Shown here piece after piece: positions 20,443 through 28,789 of a stretch of DNA of 32,000 bases. Position 1 is the first letter of the stretch. The number at the start of each line of letters is the position of its first letter. A program made the translations under genes and the position numbers. The notes beneath the pieces are model-generated. The model did not search any database. It was not told the origin of the DNA and saw only the letters and a list, made by a program, of their open reading frames with translations. The DNA lies in the NCBI GenBank assembly GCA_000175855.1, contig ACYB01000038.1:60001-92000 (forward strand). Reading direction: 5' to 3'. Source of the stretch: Raphidiopsis brookii D9 (GTDB lineage Bacteria > Cyanobacteriota > Cyanobacteriia > Cyanobacteriales > Nostocaceae).

Positions 20443-20652
20443 TTAATAATCGTCAAATTTGGGAGTATATATTCTTTTTTCGGGTCTCACACAATCATTC
20501 CGATGATAATAAATATCCCTCGACCAGAATTTTTTTTGGCTGATTATGTGAACTTCCTGTTCGAGTTTGTTTCTATCTTGCCATAATTATGGTCTCATGA
20601 CACAAAATATAGATTATAATGGGCTGTCCCCATAATAGGTAACACATTTCTT

Positions 20653-20886
20653 ATGGTTAAAAGTCCCTTACACGAACAACCACGTAATCAAAGAGCTACC
20701 GTAATTCGTACAAGCAATGAATTTATTCTGTTGGAATGGCTAAAATCTACAGGACGTTTGATGGCGCGCGATAATGTGGAGAACGACCTGACCAGCGAGG
20801 TAGAAGAAGAAATTGCTGAGATTATTGATCTGGATGATTTAGTCTATGATAATGATGATGAACCAGGTTCAGACTTGGAAGAATAA
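20653..20886 (+). CDS. Small acidic conserved cyanobacterial protein (DUF3134-like, from memory)
   Basis: 77 aa. LHEQPRNQRATVI...LLEWLKSTGRLMAR followed by a D/E-rich tail. Family assignment not verified. Confidence 0.6.
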   Translation: MVKSPLHEQPRNQRATVIRTSNEFILLEWLKSTGRLMARDNVENDLTSEVEEEIAEIIDLDDLVYDNDDEPGSDLEE

Positions 20887-20915
20887 TATGCTGTTACCAA
20901 TAGAGCTGTTGAGGA

Positions 20916-21662
20916 ATGAATCAAGAAAATAGTACGGTTGTAGCAACTCTCTACAAATTTGTCAGTCTACCGGATTATCAACAACTACAAAAACCTCTAT
21001 TGTCTTTTTGCCAGGAACACGCTATTAAGGGGACAATTTTATTGGCAACCGAAGGAATTAATGGCACAATAGCTGGTTCTCGTACTGCAATTGACCGGGT
21101 TTTGGCATTTCTTCGTCACGATGGTAGGTTGATGAACCTAGAGCATAAGGAATCATACACTCATACCCCCCCTTTCCGCAGGATGAAGGTCCGTCTGAAG
21201 CGAGAAATTATTACCCTGGGAATACCAGAGGTGGATCCTAATCAACAGGTGGGAAAGTACGTCAGTCCTCAAGAATGGAATGCTTTACTTCTGGACCCGA
21301 ATGTTATGGTTGTTGATACCCGGAATGATTATGAAGTCAGTATTGGCACTTTCAAAAGAGCACACAATCCCCACACCCATATCTTTAGAGAATTCCCCGA
21401 TTATGTAAGCAAGAACTTGCACCCAGATAAGAATCAGAAAATCGCTTTATTTTGTACAGGTGGTATTCGCTGTGAAAAAGCATCATCCTATCTGCTATCA
21501 CAAGGCTTTCAAGAGGTTTACCACCTCAAGGGAGGGATCTTGAAGTACCTAGAGGAGGTAACTGGGGAGGAAAATTTATGGGAAGGAGAGTGTTTTGTCT
21601 TTGATGACCGGGTTACAGTGAATCCTTTGACAATTGGAGAAAATAAGGTATCCTTAGATTAA
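20916..21662 (+). CDS. trhO: Rhodanese-domain protein of the UPF0176/TrhO family (tRNA uridine-34 hydroxylase type)
   Basis: 248 aa. N-terminal ATLYKFV...[16 protein letters not shown], a rhodanese active-site loop [12 protein letters not shown], and [10 protein letters not shown]. It ends shortly after [11 protein letters not shown], so it is a short form of the family. Confidence 0.85.
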   Translation: MNQENSTVVATLYKFVSLPDYQQLQKPLLSFCQEHAIKGTILLATEGINGTIAGSRTAIDRVLAFLRHDGRLMNLEHKESYTHTPPFRRMKVRLKREIITLGIPEVDPNQQVGKYVSPQEWNALLLDPNVMVVDTRNDYEVSIGTFKRAHNPHTHIFREFPDYVSKNLHPDKNQKIALFCTGGIRCEKASSYLLSQGFQEVYHLKGGILKYLEEVTGEENLWEGECFVFDDRVTVNPLTIGENKVSLD

Positions 21663-21781
21663 AGAAGGGGAGTAGCTGCTAGTTGTATACTAGTACATCT
21701 GAATCAACATACTGGTGATGAACCTGGTTCAGACGGCATAAGAGCAATACTCAAAAATATTACTCATAATTGCGAGCGAGA

Positions 21782-21834
21782 CCTTCACAAAAGTTCACAC
21801 AATATATGTGTGTGAGCTTCTGTGAGGTTTTGTT
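21782..21834 (+). terminator. Strong intrinsic terminator or attenuator hairpin between trhO and mnx
   Basis: 21782-21801 (CCTTCACAAAAGTTCACACA) pairs with 21809-21827 (TGTGTGAGCTTCTGTGAGG). That gives about 19 bp with one A:C mismatch and two U:G wobbles (valid only on the plus strand) and a 7-nt loop, followed by TTTTGTT at 21828-21834. Confidence 0.6.
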
Positions 21835-21886
21835 AACTTTCATTGGAAGCTCCACACGGTAAAAAATCCTTAAGGAGCATAAGAGG

Positions 21887-22513
21887 ATGTTAACTGCGTT
21901 TACAGCCAGCTTACTATTAATTACAATTTCTGAACTAGGTGATAAGACTTTCTTTATCGCTGTGATTTTGTCCATGCAGCACCCAAGAAAATTGGTGTTT
22001 CCGGGTGTGACTTTGGCCCTGGTGGCAATGACAATTTTATCAGTGATGTTTGGACAAATATTGTCAAGCGTGGCACAGAATTCCCAGATTTATGTACATT
22101 ATGGAGAAATAGTCTTATTTATAGCTTTCGGTTTAAAGCTACTTTATGATGGTTGGAAAATGACACCTGTCCGTGAACAAGGAGTAATAGAAGAAGCCAG
22201 AGAAGAAATTGAAAAAGCCAAAATCAATGACCAGTCAGAAAATGTATGGGGGATATTACTTAAATCTTTTGTGTTAACCTTTATAGCCGAATGGGGCGAT
22301 CGCACACAAATAACTACCATAGCGTTAGCAGCAGGTAATAATGGGAATAATGCCATAGGAGTGACAGGGGGAGCAATATTGGGACATGCAATATGCGCCC
22401 TGATAGCAGTTATAGGTGGGAGAGTAATAGCGGGGAGGATTTCTGAAAAACAGGTTACCCTGATAGGTGGCATTTTATTCATTATTTTTGGTGTTGTGGC
22501 GGCCATAAGCTAA
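21887..22513 (+). CDS. mnx: UPF0016/GDT1/TMEM165 family cation (Mn2+/Ca2+) transporter, Mnx/PAM71-like
   Basis: 208 aa, polytopic. Contains the two family-defining E-x-G-D-[KR]-[TS] motifs (ELGDKTF near the N-terminus, EWGDRTQ in the second half). Confidence 0.88.
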   Translation: MLTAFTASLLLITISELGDKTFFIAVILSMQHPRKLVFPGVTLALVAMTILSVMFGQILSSVAQNSQIYVHYGEIVLFIAFGLKLLYDGWKMTPVREQGVIEEAREEIEKAKINDQSENVWGILLKSFVLTFIAEWGDRTQITTIALAAGNNGNNAIGVTGGAILGHAICALIAVIGGRVIAGRISEKQVTLIGGILFIIFGVVAAIS

Positions 22514-23313
22514 AAACCGGAGGTTAAGTTTTTAATCTCATCCTTATACTGAGCAGGAGCCAAGGTCAGAGCACTGTCAAACAAGGGTTTTGCCTCATTA
22601 ATTTTACCCTGCTCTTTCAATAGAATTGCCTTTGCTAAAACGGGGCGAAAATCCTGGGGATATTGTTTCATCACCTCCTGGTATAAGGATATTGCTTGAT
22701 CAGTGTTTTTTTGAGAAGAATATACGCTACCTAAAAGTAATTGTATAGCTATAATATCAAAACTTCCTGGTTGAACAGAATTAGATTTTTCAGCATTGGA
22801 TATGGTTTCTTTGAGAAACTGAATAGCTGCTTCTGGACGTTTTTGGTCTAGTTTTAATTTAACTATACCCTGTAGTGATTGGATATTACCAGGTTGAGTA
22901 CGGAGAATAGAACGATACATTTGGATTGCTTCCTGCCTATTTCCTATTTGTTGGGTTGCCTGTGCTAGTAAAACCTTATATTCCAAATTATCTGGATTTA
23001 ATCGACTCAACTTTTGTAGAGGTTCAATTACCCCTTGAATATCAGTGGGTTGAACCTCATTATTGGGCTTTTGACTGAGAATTTGCAACCTAGCCTGCAA
23101 TAACTGCTTGAGAACAGCTTGATTTTCCGGTTCTCGTTGCAAAACTAGTTCATAGCCACGAATTTGGTCTGCTAACTGGGGATTTTCCGGGGAATTTTGT
23201 GGACGTGGAGCATTGAGAGTTCCTAAAATAGGTATGATGGACACACCAATGAACGCTGCAACTGCCAGCAGCAAGATTATCTGAATTAGCCAGCGATTAC
23301 CTTGTTTTGACAC
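22510..23313 (-). CDS. Tetratricopeptide-repeat protein with an N-terminal membrane anchor or signal
   Basis: 267 aa with a GTG start. N-terminal hydrophobic helix (WLIQIILLLAVAAFIGVSIIPIL) followed by TPR-like repeats (A-x3-Y...P-x-N patterns). The stop overlaps the mnx stop (CTAA at 22510-22513). Confidence 0.8.
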   Translation of the reverse strand: MSKQGNRWLIQIILLLAVAAFIGVSIIPILGTLNAPRPQNSPENPQLADQIRGYELVLQREPENQAVLKQLLQARLQILSQKPNNEVQPTDIQGVIEPLQKLSRLNPDNLEYKVLLAQATQQIGNRQEAIQMYRSILRTQPGNIQSLQGIVKLKLDQKRPEAAIQFLKETISNAEKSNSVQPGSFDIIAIQLLLGSVYSSQKNTDQAISLYQEVMKQYPQDFRPVLAKAILLKEQGKINEAKPLFDSALTLAPAQYKDEIKNLTSGF

Positions 23314-23888
23314 TACTTTACCTGTGTTGTACTTGAGTAAATAAAACTTGGAAGATTGAGATTAAATAACTCCTGTGGGGGGGAATAAAGTTAAGACTTT
23401 GTAAAACTTAGCGGAATACAGTGATTTAACTGTGAATTTTATGACCAAAGACCATCAGGAGTATCTAAACTTTGAGAGTACACCATTATAGCTTTGACTA
23501 TCAATTTAGGTGACAGTTGTAGGATCATGAGCACAATTGTAGCCATGCAGTGATAATTGAGCAAACTAATGATTGGTGGATAATTCCTCATTCACCCCGG
23601 AATGTGAGTTAACCTAGTTAAATCAGAAATTTAGCATTTGGGAATTGGGACAAATCAGTACCAGTCAAAATCTTCCCTAATTGAGATTGAGAATTATCAA
23701 AAATCAGCTAGGAATTAATTTGACCCATTCATTCTGCAAATGATACATTTCAAAACTTGGCATCAAAATAGCCTAGCGTGCAATGGCTAAATTTAAGGTA
23801 AGGGTACCCTCCTTTTATTGGCCGTGTAACTTCTACACACTTTTATTCAGTCCCACAATGGGATCTATCTCCGATCTAAGGAGTTTTT

Positions 23889-24902
23889 ATGACTTCCGAC
23901 CTGATACCATCTCTCGAATCTGCCAATCCTACCGCCTCTAGTCAGGCTTCAGCAAAAATTGACTTAACAGTTAAATTAAGTGCTAAGTCACTACAGACAA
24001 AACCAGAAAACTTATCCATCAAAATTCAAGATAGGGAAAGTCCTGGGAACCTAATGAATCGCCAACAACCAATTCCCCCTGCTAGCGAACTAATGCAATA
24101 CAGGGCCATTGGTTTGATTAGGGGTAGTTACTCCTCTAGCAGCGAACAGTTTACCCAGGGAACCTTGATTACAAGTGATGGTGCCCAGTTAAATGCTGTT
24201 CTGCTAGGTCGAGTTATGAGCTTAGTCAAAAAGCATCTGGACTTACAAAAAGAACATCTGTGGGTAGTTTATCCCCGTACTAGACAAGAAAATGACTCTC
24301 TACATGTTCAAATTGTAGGGGTCTGGGAACCGGAAAATCTAGCTAAAAAGCCAACAGATTCAGAGGTGTTATCCTTGTCTGCGGAAACATCAGAACCAGT
24401 TGCAACTAATAAAAAATCCTCTCGTCAAAACACTACGGAAAGTACATCAGCTTTAAAAACCTCAGATCAAATTCCTGATGGAGAATTTTCCGTTCGTGGG
24501 GAGGTGGTTTACCAATCTTTCGATACCAGGAGTTTGGTGGTAAAAATCAAACAAGCTGCACGGAAAGCAACGGAAAAACCCAAGTATTTTAAGTTGAAAC
24601 TCCAGGGTGTACTAGCTATGAAAGCAATAGGTAAATTTTGGGACTTTAAAGTCAAGCGTGAAACTGATAGGTTAATAGTGGAAACTGCGGAAGCAGTTGC
24701 TGATTTGCCCAAAAAACGCAAACCAACCTTCAGGAGTGAACCCCGCCCTGGTGTTAACGGGAAACCATTTGTTAAAAATCCCGGAGAAACTCCTCGACCC
24801 ATTACAAGAATGGATGGAGATGGTTCTTACTCTTCTAAACCCTTACCAAAACCATCTATTACTAAACCAGTGAAAAAGCTAAAACCCCAAGATAACTGTT
24901 AA
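23889..24902 (+). CDS. Hypothetical protein; no family recognised; Lys/Pro-rich basic C-terminal tail
   Basis: 337-aa ORF with a strong AAGGAG 7 nt upstream of the ATG. Two beta-rich blocks (about residues 66-150 and 197-270) are separated by an S/T-rich linker, followed by the tail KKRKPTF...KPLPKPSITKPVKKLKP. Confidence 0.75.
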   Translation: MTSDLIPSLESANPTASSQASAKIDLTVKLSAKSLQTKPENLSIKIQDRESPGNLMNRQQPIPPASELMQYRAIGLIRGSYSSSSEQFTQGTLITSDGAQLNAVLLGRVMSLVKKHLDLQKEHLWVVYPRTRQENDSLHVQIVGVWEPENLAKKPTDSEVLSLSAETSEPVATNKKSSRQNTTESTSALKTSDQIPDGEFSVRGEVVYQSFDTRSLVVKIKQAARKATEKPKYFKLKLQGVLAMKAIGKFWDFKVKRETDRLIVETAEAVADLPKKRKPTFRSEPRPGVNGKPFVKNPGETPRPITRMDGDGSYSSKPLPKPSITKPVKKLKPQDNC

Positions 24903-26071
24903 AGTTGGAACCCCCCGGATTCAAAGGGCAAAAAAGCTCTGTCCATGGGAATGGGAGCTACGGGTTCCGTCAGGGTAAATTGGCCCAACTGTATCCACTG
25001 TTTCAACTCCAGAGCTACTTGTCGAGACAGAAACATACTAGCCAGGGGAGCAGCTCGTACAGGTTTACCCTCGATAGGGATCCTCCCAGACTTTAATTGG
25101 GCGTAACTTACTAATCCAAAGGTAGGTCTTACACGACGAGGAATGGAAAAATCCACAATGGGTGCTACTAAATCTTGATCAGTTACTGCACAACGTTTAA
25201 CCACTTCTTCGTTTAATACTGGAAGTGGTACCCCTACTCCTAGCATTAATGAAGGTCCATAACTTTTAAAGTAACACCCTCTTACCCAACGCGCATTCAT
25301 TTGTTTGGCATCACCAATTAGTGCTAAAGTAGCAGATGGTCCAATGGGGGTTCGATTCTCTAACCGCTTTTGTAGGGGAAAGTGTTGTGTACCTTCCCAA
25401 ATCACATAGCCTATTCCCCCACCTAAAAAGATTTTGGTGCCAATTCCCACCAGTTGTAAATCGGGGTCGTTCATTAGGGGAGACAATGATCCGGGATTGG
25501 AGTACACTGCATTTCCTAAACGCGGTTGTAATGGTCCTAGGTAAGTATGTAACGGTTCCTCGGATCCATTCACACCAACAATGAAGTTTTGATAAAGATT
25601 GCGGGGATTGAATAGGTAGAACTGATTAATCGTCTCTAGGGTGACTTTAGCTTCCAGGGTAGCTCTAGGGTAACAATCGGTAATTTGTCCTATTGCTCTG
25701 ACTTGTACAGATTTACCAGCAATTAAATCTTGAATCACATGACCACCACCGCGTTCTCTTAGTTCTTCCCCCTCCATGGTTTCTACCGCGCAACTGGCAC
25801 CCAAATATAAGTCCACCGCCCCAAACCCAGAATATGCGGGAACCCCATCTAACCAACAACGACGAATTTTAATTGGGGGATCGGTGTGTCCTAAGTTAAT
25901 AATCGCCCCGCTTGATTCCATGGGTTCAAAGGTTCCTGTGGTAATTACATCAACCTGTTGGGCTGTTTTTAGTATACCATTTTGGACAACTCGTTTTTTT
26001 ACCTCTTCCACGGTCCAGACTACGGCGCGCTTTTCAATGATCTTTTGATTAATTTCGGCAATAGTTCGCAT
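24899..26071 (-). CDS. DUF39/COG1900 family protein (homocysteine biosynthesis protein type)
   Basis: 390 aa. N-terminal EINQKI...VVWTVEE...VDVITTGTFEPMESSGAIINLGHTDPPIK and later GGGHVIQDLIAGK match my memory of COG1900 proteins. No CBS or ferredoxin extension is present. Confidence 0.85.
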   Translation of the reverse strand: MRTIAEINQKIIEKRAVVWTVEEVKKRVVQNGILKTAQQVDVITTGTFEPMESSGAIINLGHTDPPIKIRRCWLDGVPAYSGFGAVDLYLGASCAVETMEGEELRERGGGHVIQDLIAGKSVQVRAIGQITDCYPRATLEAKVTLETINQFYLFNPRNLYQNFIVGVNGSEEPLHTYLGPLQPRLGNAVYSNPGSLSPLMNDPDLQLVGIGTKIFLGGGIGYVIWEGTQHFPLQKRLENRTPIGPSATLALIGDAKQMNARWVRGCYFKSYGPSLMLGVGVPLPVLNEEVVKRCAVTDQDLVAPIVDFSIPRRVRPTFGLVSYAQLKSGRIPIEGKPVRAAPLASMFLSRQVALELKQWIQLGQFTLTEPVAPIPMDRAFLPFESGGFQL

Positions 26072-26124
26072 TGTATTTATTAATCTGAATATTATGAATG
26101 TTAATATATGTAAGAGAAAACAAT

Positions 26125-27171
26125 ATGGCTAATTTAGGGGAGGAATACCTCAGAGTTCGTGACCTGGGGGAACAGGGTCTTTTACAGAAATTACAGAGCT
26201 TTTGTCCTCCCCATATTATAGGGGATGATGGTGCAGTTTTGCCGACTAAACCTGCACACCATTTAGTTGTAACCACAGACATGTTAGTAGATGGTGTACA
26301 TTTTAGCAATCTTACCACTTCTCCCAAGGATGCAGGTTGGCGCGCTGCTACCGCTAATTTGTCCGACTTGGCTGCTATGGGCGCCTTTCCCCTAGGAATT
26401 ACCGTCGCCCTTGGTTTACCAGGAGATCTAGCTGTCAATTGGGTGGAACAACTGTATCAAGGCATGAGTGACTGCTTACAGAAGTATCATACTCCCATAG
26501 TTGGCGGTGACATAGTGCGATCGCCTGTAACGACTATAGGAATTACAGCTTTTGGTGAAGTCAGTCCAGATTTGATTATTCGGCGGTGTACAGCCCAAGT
26601 GGGGGATGCCATAGTCATAACTGGTATGCATGGAGCTTCTCGTGCTGGGTTAGAATTGCTCTTGCACCCTCAAACGGGTCACAACCTCAAGGAAGAGGAA
26701 AAGCAGGCTTTAATTAGATTTCACCAACGTCCTAACCCACGTTTAGATGTAATATACATACTACACGAAATCCTCATATCGGGTTTAAAATCTTGTGGAG
26801 AGTCCTCTCCAATTACCTTGAGTGGTATGGATAGTAGTGATGGATTAGCGGATGCTATCTTACAAATTTGTCGTGCTAGTCAAGTCGGGGCAGTTTTACA
26901 TCAGGACAAAATTCCTTTAGCACCTATATCTAACTACTGGTTAACACCACCACGATGGCTTGATTATGCTCTGTATGGTGGTGAAGATTTTGAACTGGTA
27001 CTTTGTTTACCACCAACCATTGCCCAAGCCTTAGTTGTTAAATTAGGACCAAGTGCAGCAATTATCGGAGAAATTACATCCGGTGACCAAGTTATTCTGC
27101 AATCAAACAACCAAGAAATCCCCAACCAAGTTTTAACACTCAGTCAGGGATTTCAACATTTTGGTTCCTAG
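26125..27171 (+). CDS. thiL: Thiamine-monophosphate kinase
   Basis: The ORF opens at 26098, but I prefer the ATG at 26125 (MANLGEEYL...). AIR-synthase-like motifs GDDGAVL, VVTTDMLVDGVHF and GGDIVRSP. Confidence 0.9.
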   Translation: MANLGEEYLRVRDLGEQGLLQKLQSFCPPHIIGDDGAVLPTKPAHHLVVTTDMLVDGVHFSNLTTSPKDAGWRAATANLSDLAAMGAFPLGITVALGLPGDLAVNWVEQLYQGMSDCLQKYHTPIVGGDIVRSPVTTIGITAFGEVSPDLIIRRCTAQVGDAIVITGMHGASRAGLELLLHPQTGHNLKEEEKQALIRFHQRPNPRLDVIYILHEILISGLKSCGESSPITLSGMDSSDGLADAILQICRASQVGAVLHQDKIPLAPISNYWLTPPRWLDYALYGGEDFELVLCLPPTIAQALVVKLGPSAAIIGEITSGDQVILQSNNQEIPNQVLTLSQGFQHFGS

Positions 27172-27210
27172 TTAAGTGAGTATGGGATCTCCAGATGAAT
27201 GGGAATTATT

Positions 27211-28224
27211 TTACACCCATTTCTGTGCCACTAACTCCGCCAAATCTAAAACTCGTTGGCTATAACCCCATTCATTGTCATACCAAGCCATGACCTTAAC
27301 CATGTCATTACCCATCACCATAGTTAAGTTAGAATCCACAATGGAAGATTCATTAGTACCCTGATAATCAGAAGATACTAAGGGTAATTCGCTGTAACCC
27401 AAAATCCCTTTAAGTGAATTTTCGGAGGCCTCTTTAAGAGCTTGATTAACTTCCTCAGTAATTGTTGGTTTCTCTACCTGTACCACAAAATCCACCATGG
27501 ACACGTTAGGAGTGGGTACACGCAAAGCTACACCATTTAACTTTCCTTTTAATGCTGGTATTACCAAAGCTACAGCCTTAGCAGCGCCAGTAGAGGTGGG
27601 AACAATATTAATCCCCGCTGCTCTAGCTCTACGCAAATCACGGTGAGAAGCATCTAAAATTCTCTGGTCACCTGTGTAACTGTGGGTAGTAGTCATTGTC
27701 CCTTTAATAATGCCAAATTTTTCGTTTAAAACTTTAGCAATAGGTGCTAGACAATTAGTCGTACAGCTGGCATTACTAATAATGTGGTGCTCGTCATGAT
27801 TATAATCATGATGATTCACACCCATAACAAATGTACCATCCTCGTTCTTACCAGGTGCAGTAATTAGAACTTTTTTAGCACCAGCATTTACATGCTTTAA
27901 AGCACCCTCTTTACTGATAAACACACCCGTTGCTTCAATAATCAGGTCAATTTGCCACTCTTTCCAAGGTAAGTTTTCTGGATTGCGATCAGATACGCAC
28001 TTAATAGTCTTACCGTTGACAGTAATGGAATTATCGTCAGCACTGATATCCGCATTTTGTAGTCTGCCCAGCATAGAATCGTATCTAAGCAGGTGAGCAT
28101 TAGTTCTAGGATCGGAAGTGTCGTTAATAGCAACAAGCTCAACTTTGCTATTCGCTCTACCTATCCAGCAACGGGCAAAGTTTCTGCCAATGCGCCCGAA
28201 ACCATTGATTGCAACTCTAACCAC
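27211..28224 (-). CDS. gap2: Glyceraldehyde-3-phosphate dehydrogenase, type I (Calvin-cycle Gap2 type)
   Basis: 337 aa with a GTG start. [25 protein letters not shown] and WYDNEWGYS. The N-terminal region (ARCWIGR...[11 protein letters not shown]) resembles the cyanobacterial Gap2/plant GapA lineage. Confidence 0.95.
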   Translation of the reverse strand: MVRVAINGFGRIGRNFARCWIGRANSKVELVAINDTSDPRTNAHLLRYDSMLGRLQNADISADDNSITVNGKTIKCVSDRNPENLPWKEWQIDLIIEATGVFISKEGALKHVNAGAKKVLITAPGKNEDGTFVMGVNHHDYNHDEHHIISNASCTTNCLAPIAKVLNEKFGIIKGTMTTTHSYTGDQRILDASHRDLRRARAAGINIVPTSTGAAKAVALVIPALKGKLNGVALRVPTPNVSMVDFVVQVEKPTITEEVNQALKEASENSLKGILGYSELPLVSSDYQGTNESSIVDSNLTMVMGNDMVKVMAWYDNEWGYSQRVLDLAELVAQKWV

Positions 28225-28789
28225 AGTGTCTTCCCCTCTGTATTTATGCCTATAAATTGATATCGTTGACCCCGATCATATCGCAAAGGGGGGGACTGTT
28301 TATAACTGTGGAATCTTAGATCCCAAAAAAAATACATATTTTATTGACTTCAACTTCTTTAGTACAGTTTCTTTTTGTTTTTTATAAATTGGTGTAGTCT
28401 AGTATAGTTTACTTTAATTTGTATATGATTTAATCAGTTGTAATACTAGTAAGCCATATCCTGATCCTGATGATCACACTTGACGAAACTGTTATTAGGG
28501 TGTACAAAGTCAAAAACCCACGTAGCGAGTATGACAGATACATGACAGATTTTTTTTCCCGACAGTTCCCAATTTTTCAGAATAATCATCATAAGGATAG
28601 GAAAAGTTGGAGAATCGATTGCTCCGGATATTTTCCAGTAAACACAAACTCAGTCAAAAATTGATCTGTAAGTTTTTGGATACAGATTGGATATATAAAT
28701 ATTGCGAAAGCTATATCTCCCAAAATCAAAATCCTGTTATGATACCCGTGTTGCAAAGATTTGTTGGTGTGGTGCCAGAGGAATAAAAG

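Noticed and set aside
20851-20874. A 24-nt segment (21/24 identical, core GATGAACC[A/T]GGTTCAGAC) repeated at 21711-21734. Both copies read D-E-P-G-S-D in frame, which hints at a relic duplicate of the DUF3134-like gene's 3' end downstream of trhO.
   Set aside because: My rough estimate puts the chance expectation for a match of this length and quality in a 32-kb window (both strands) at about 0.1-1. The upstream frame of the second copy hits a stop within 12 codons and shows no further similarity. I treat it as coincidence unless a genome-wide repeat search says otherwise.
20916-21662. The TrhO/UPF0176 gene looks C-terminally short (it ends about 15 residues after ECFVFDDRV, lacking the Cys-rich tail of E. 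coli YceA), which suggests truncation
   Set aside because: As far as I recall, the family has natural short forms of about 250-270 aa. The N-terminal and rhodanese domains are intact, and no continuation of the protein is readable in other frames downstream.
23589-23604. Hairpin CATTC-ACCCCG-GAATG, reminiscent of the CGUUC-ACCC...GAACG stem of glutamine (glnA-type) riboswitches
   Set aside because: The other conserved elements of that motif (GGAAGUA / GGAAGGA-type purine-rich segments, three-way junction) are absent from the flanks. It is also about 285 nt from the nearest start codon. A 5-bp hairpin alone is expected by chance.
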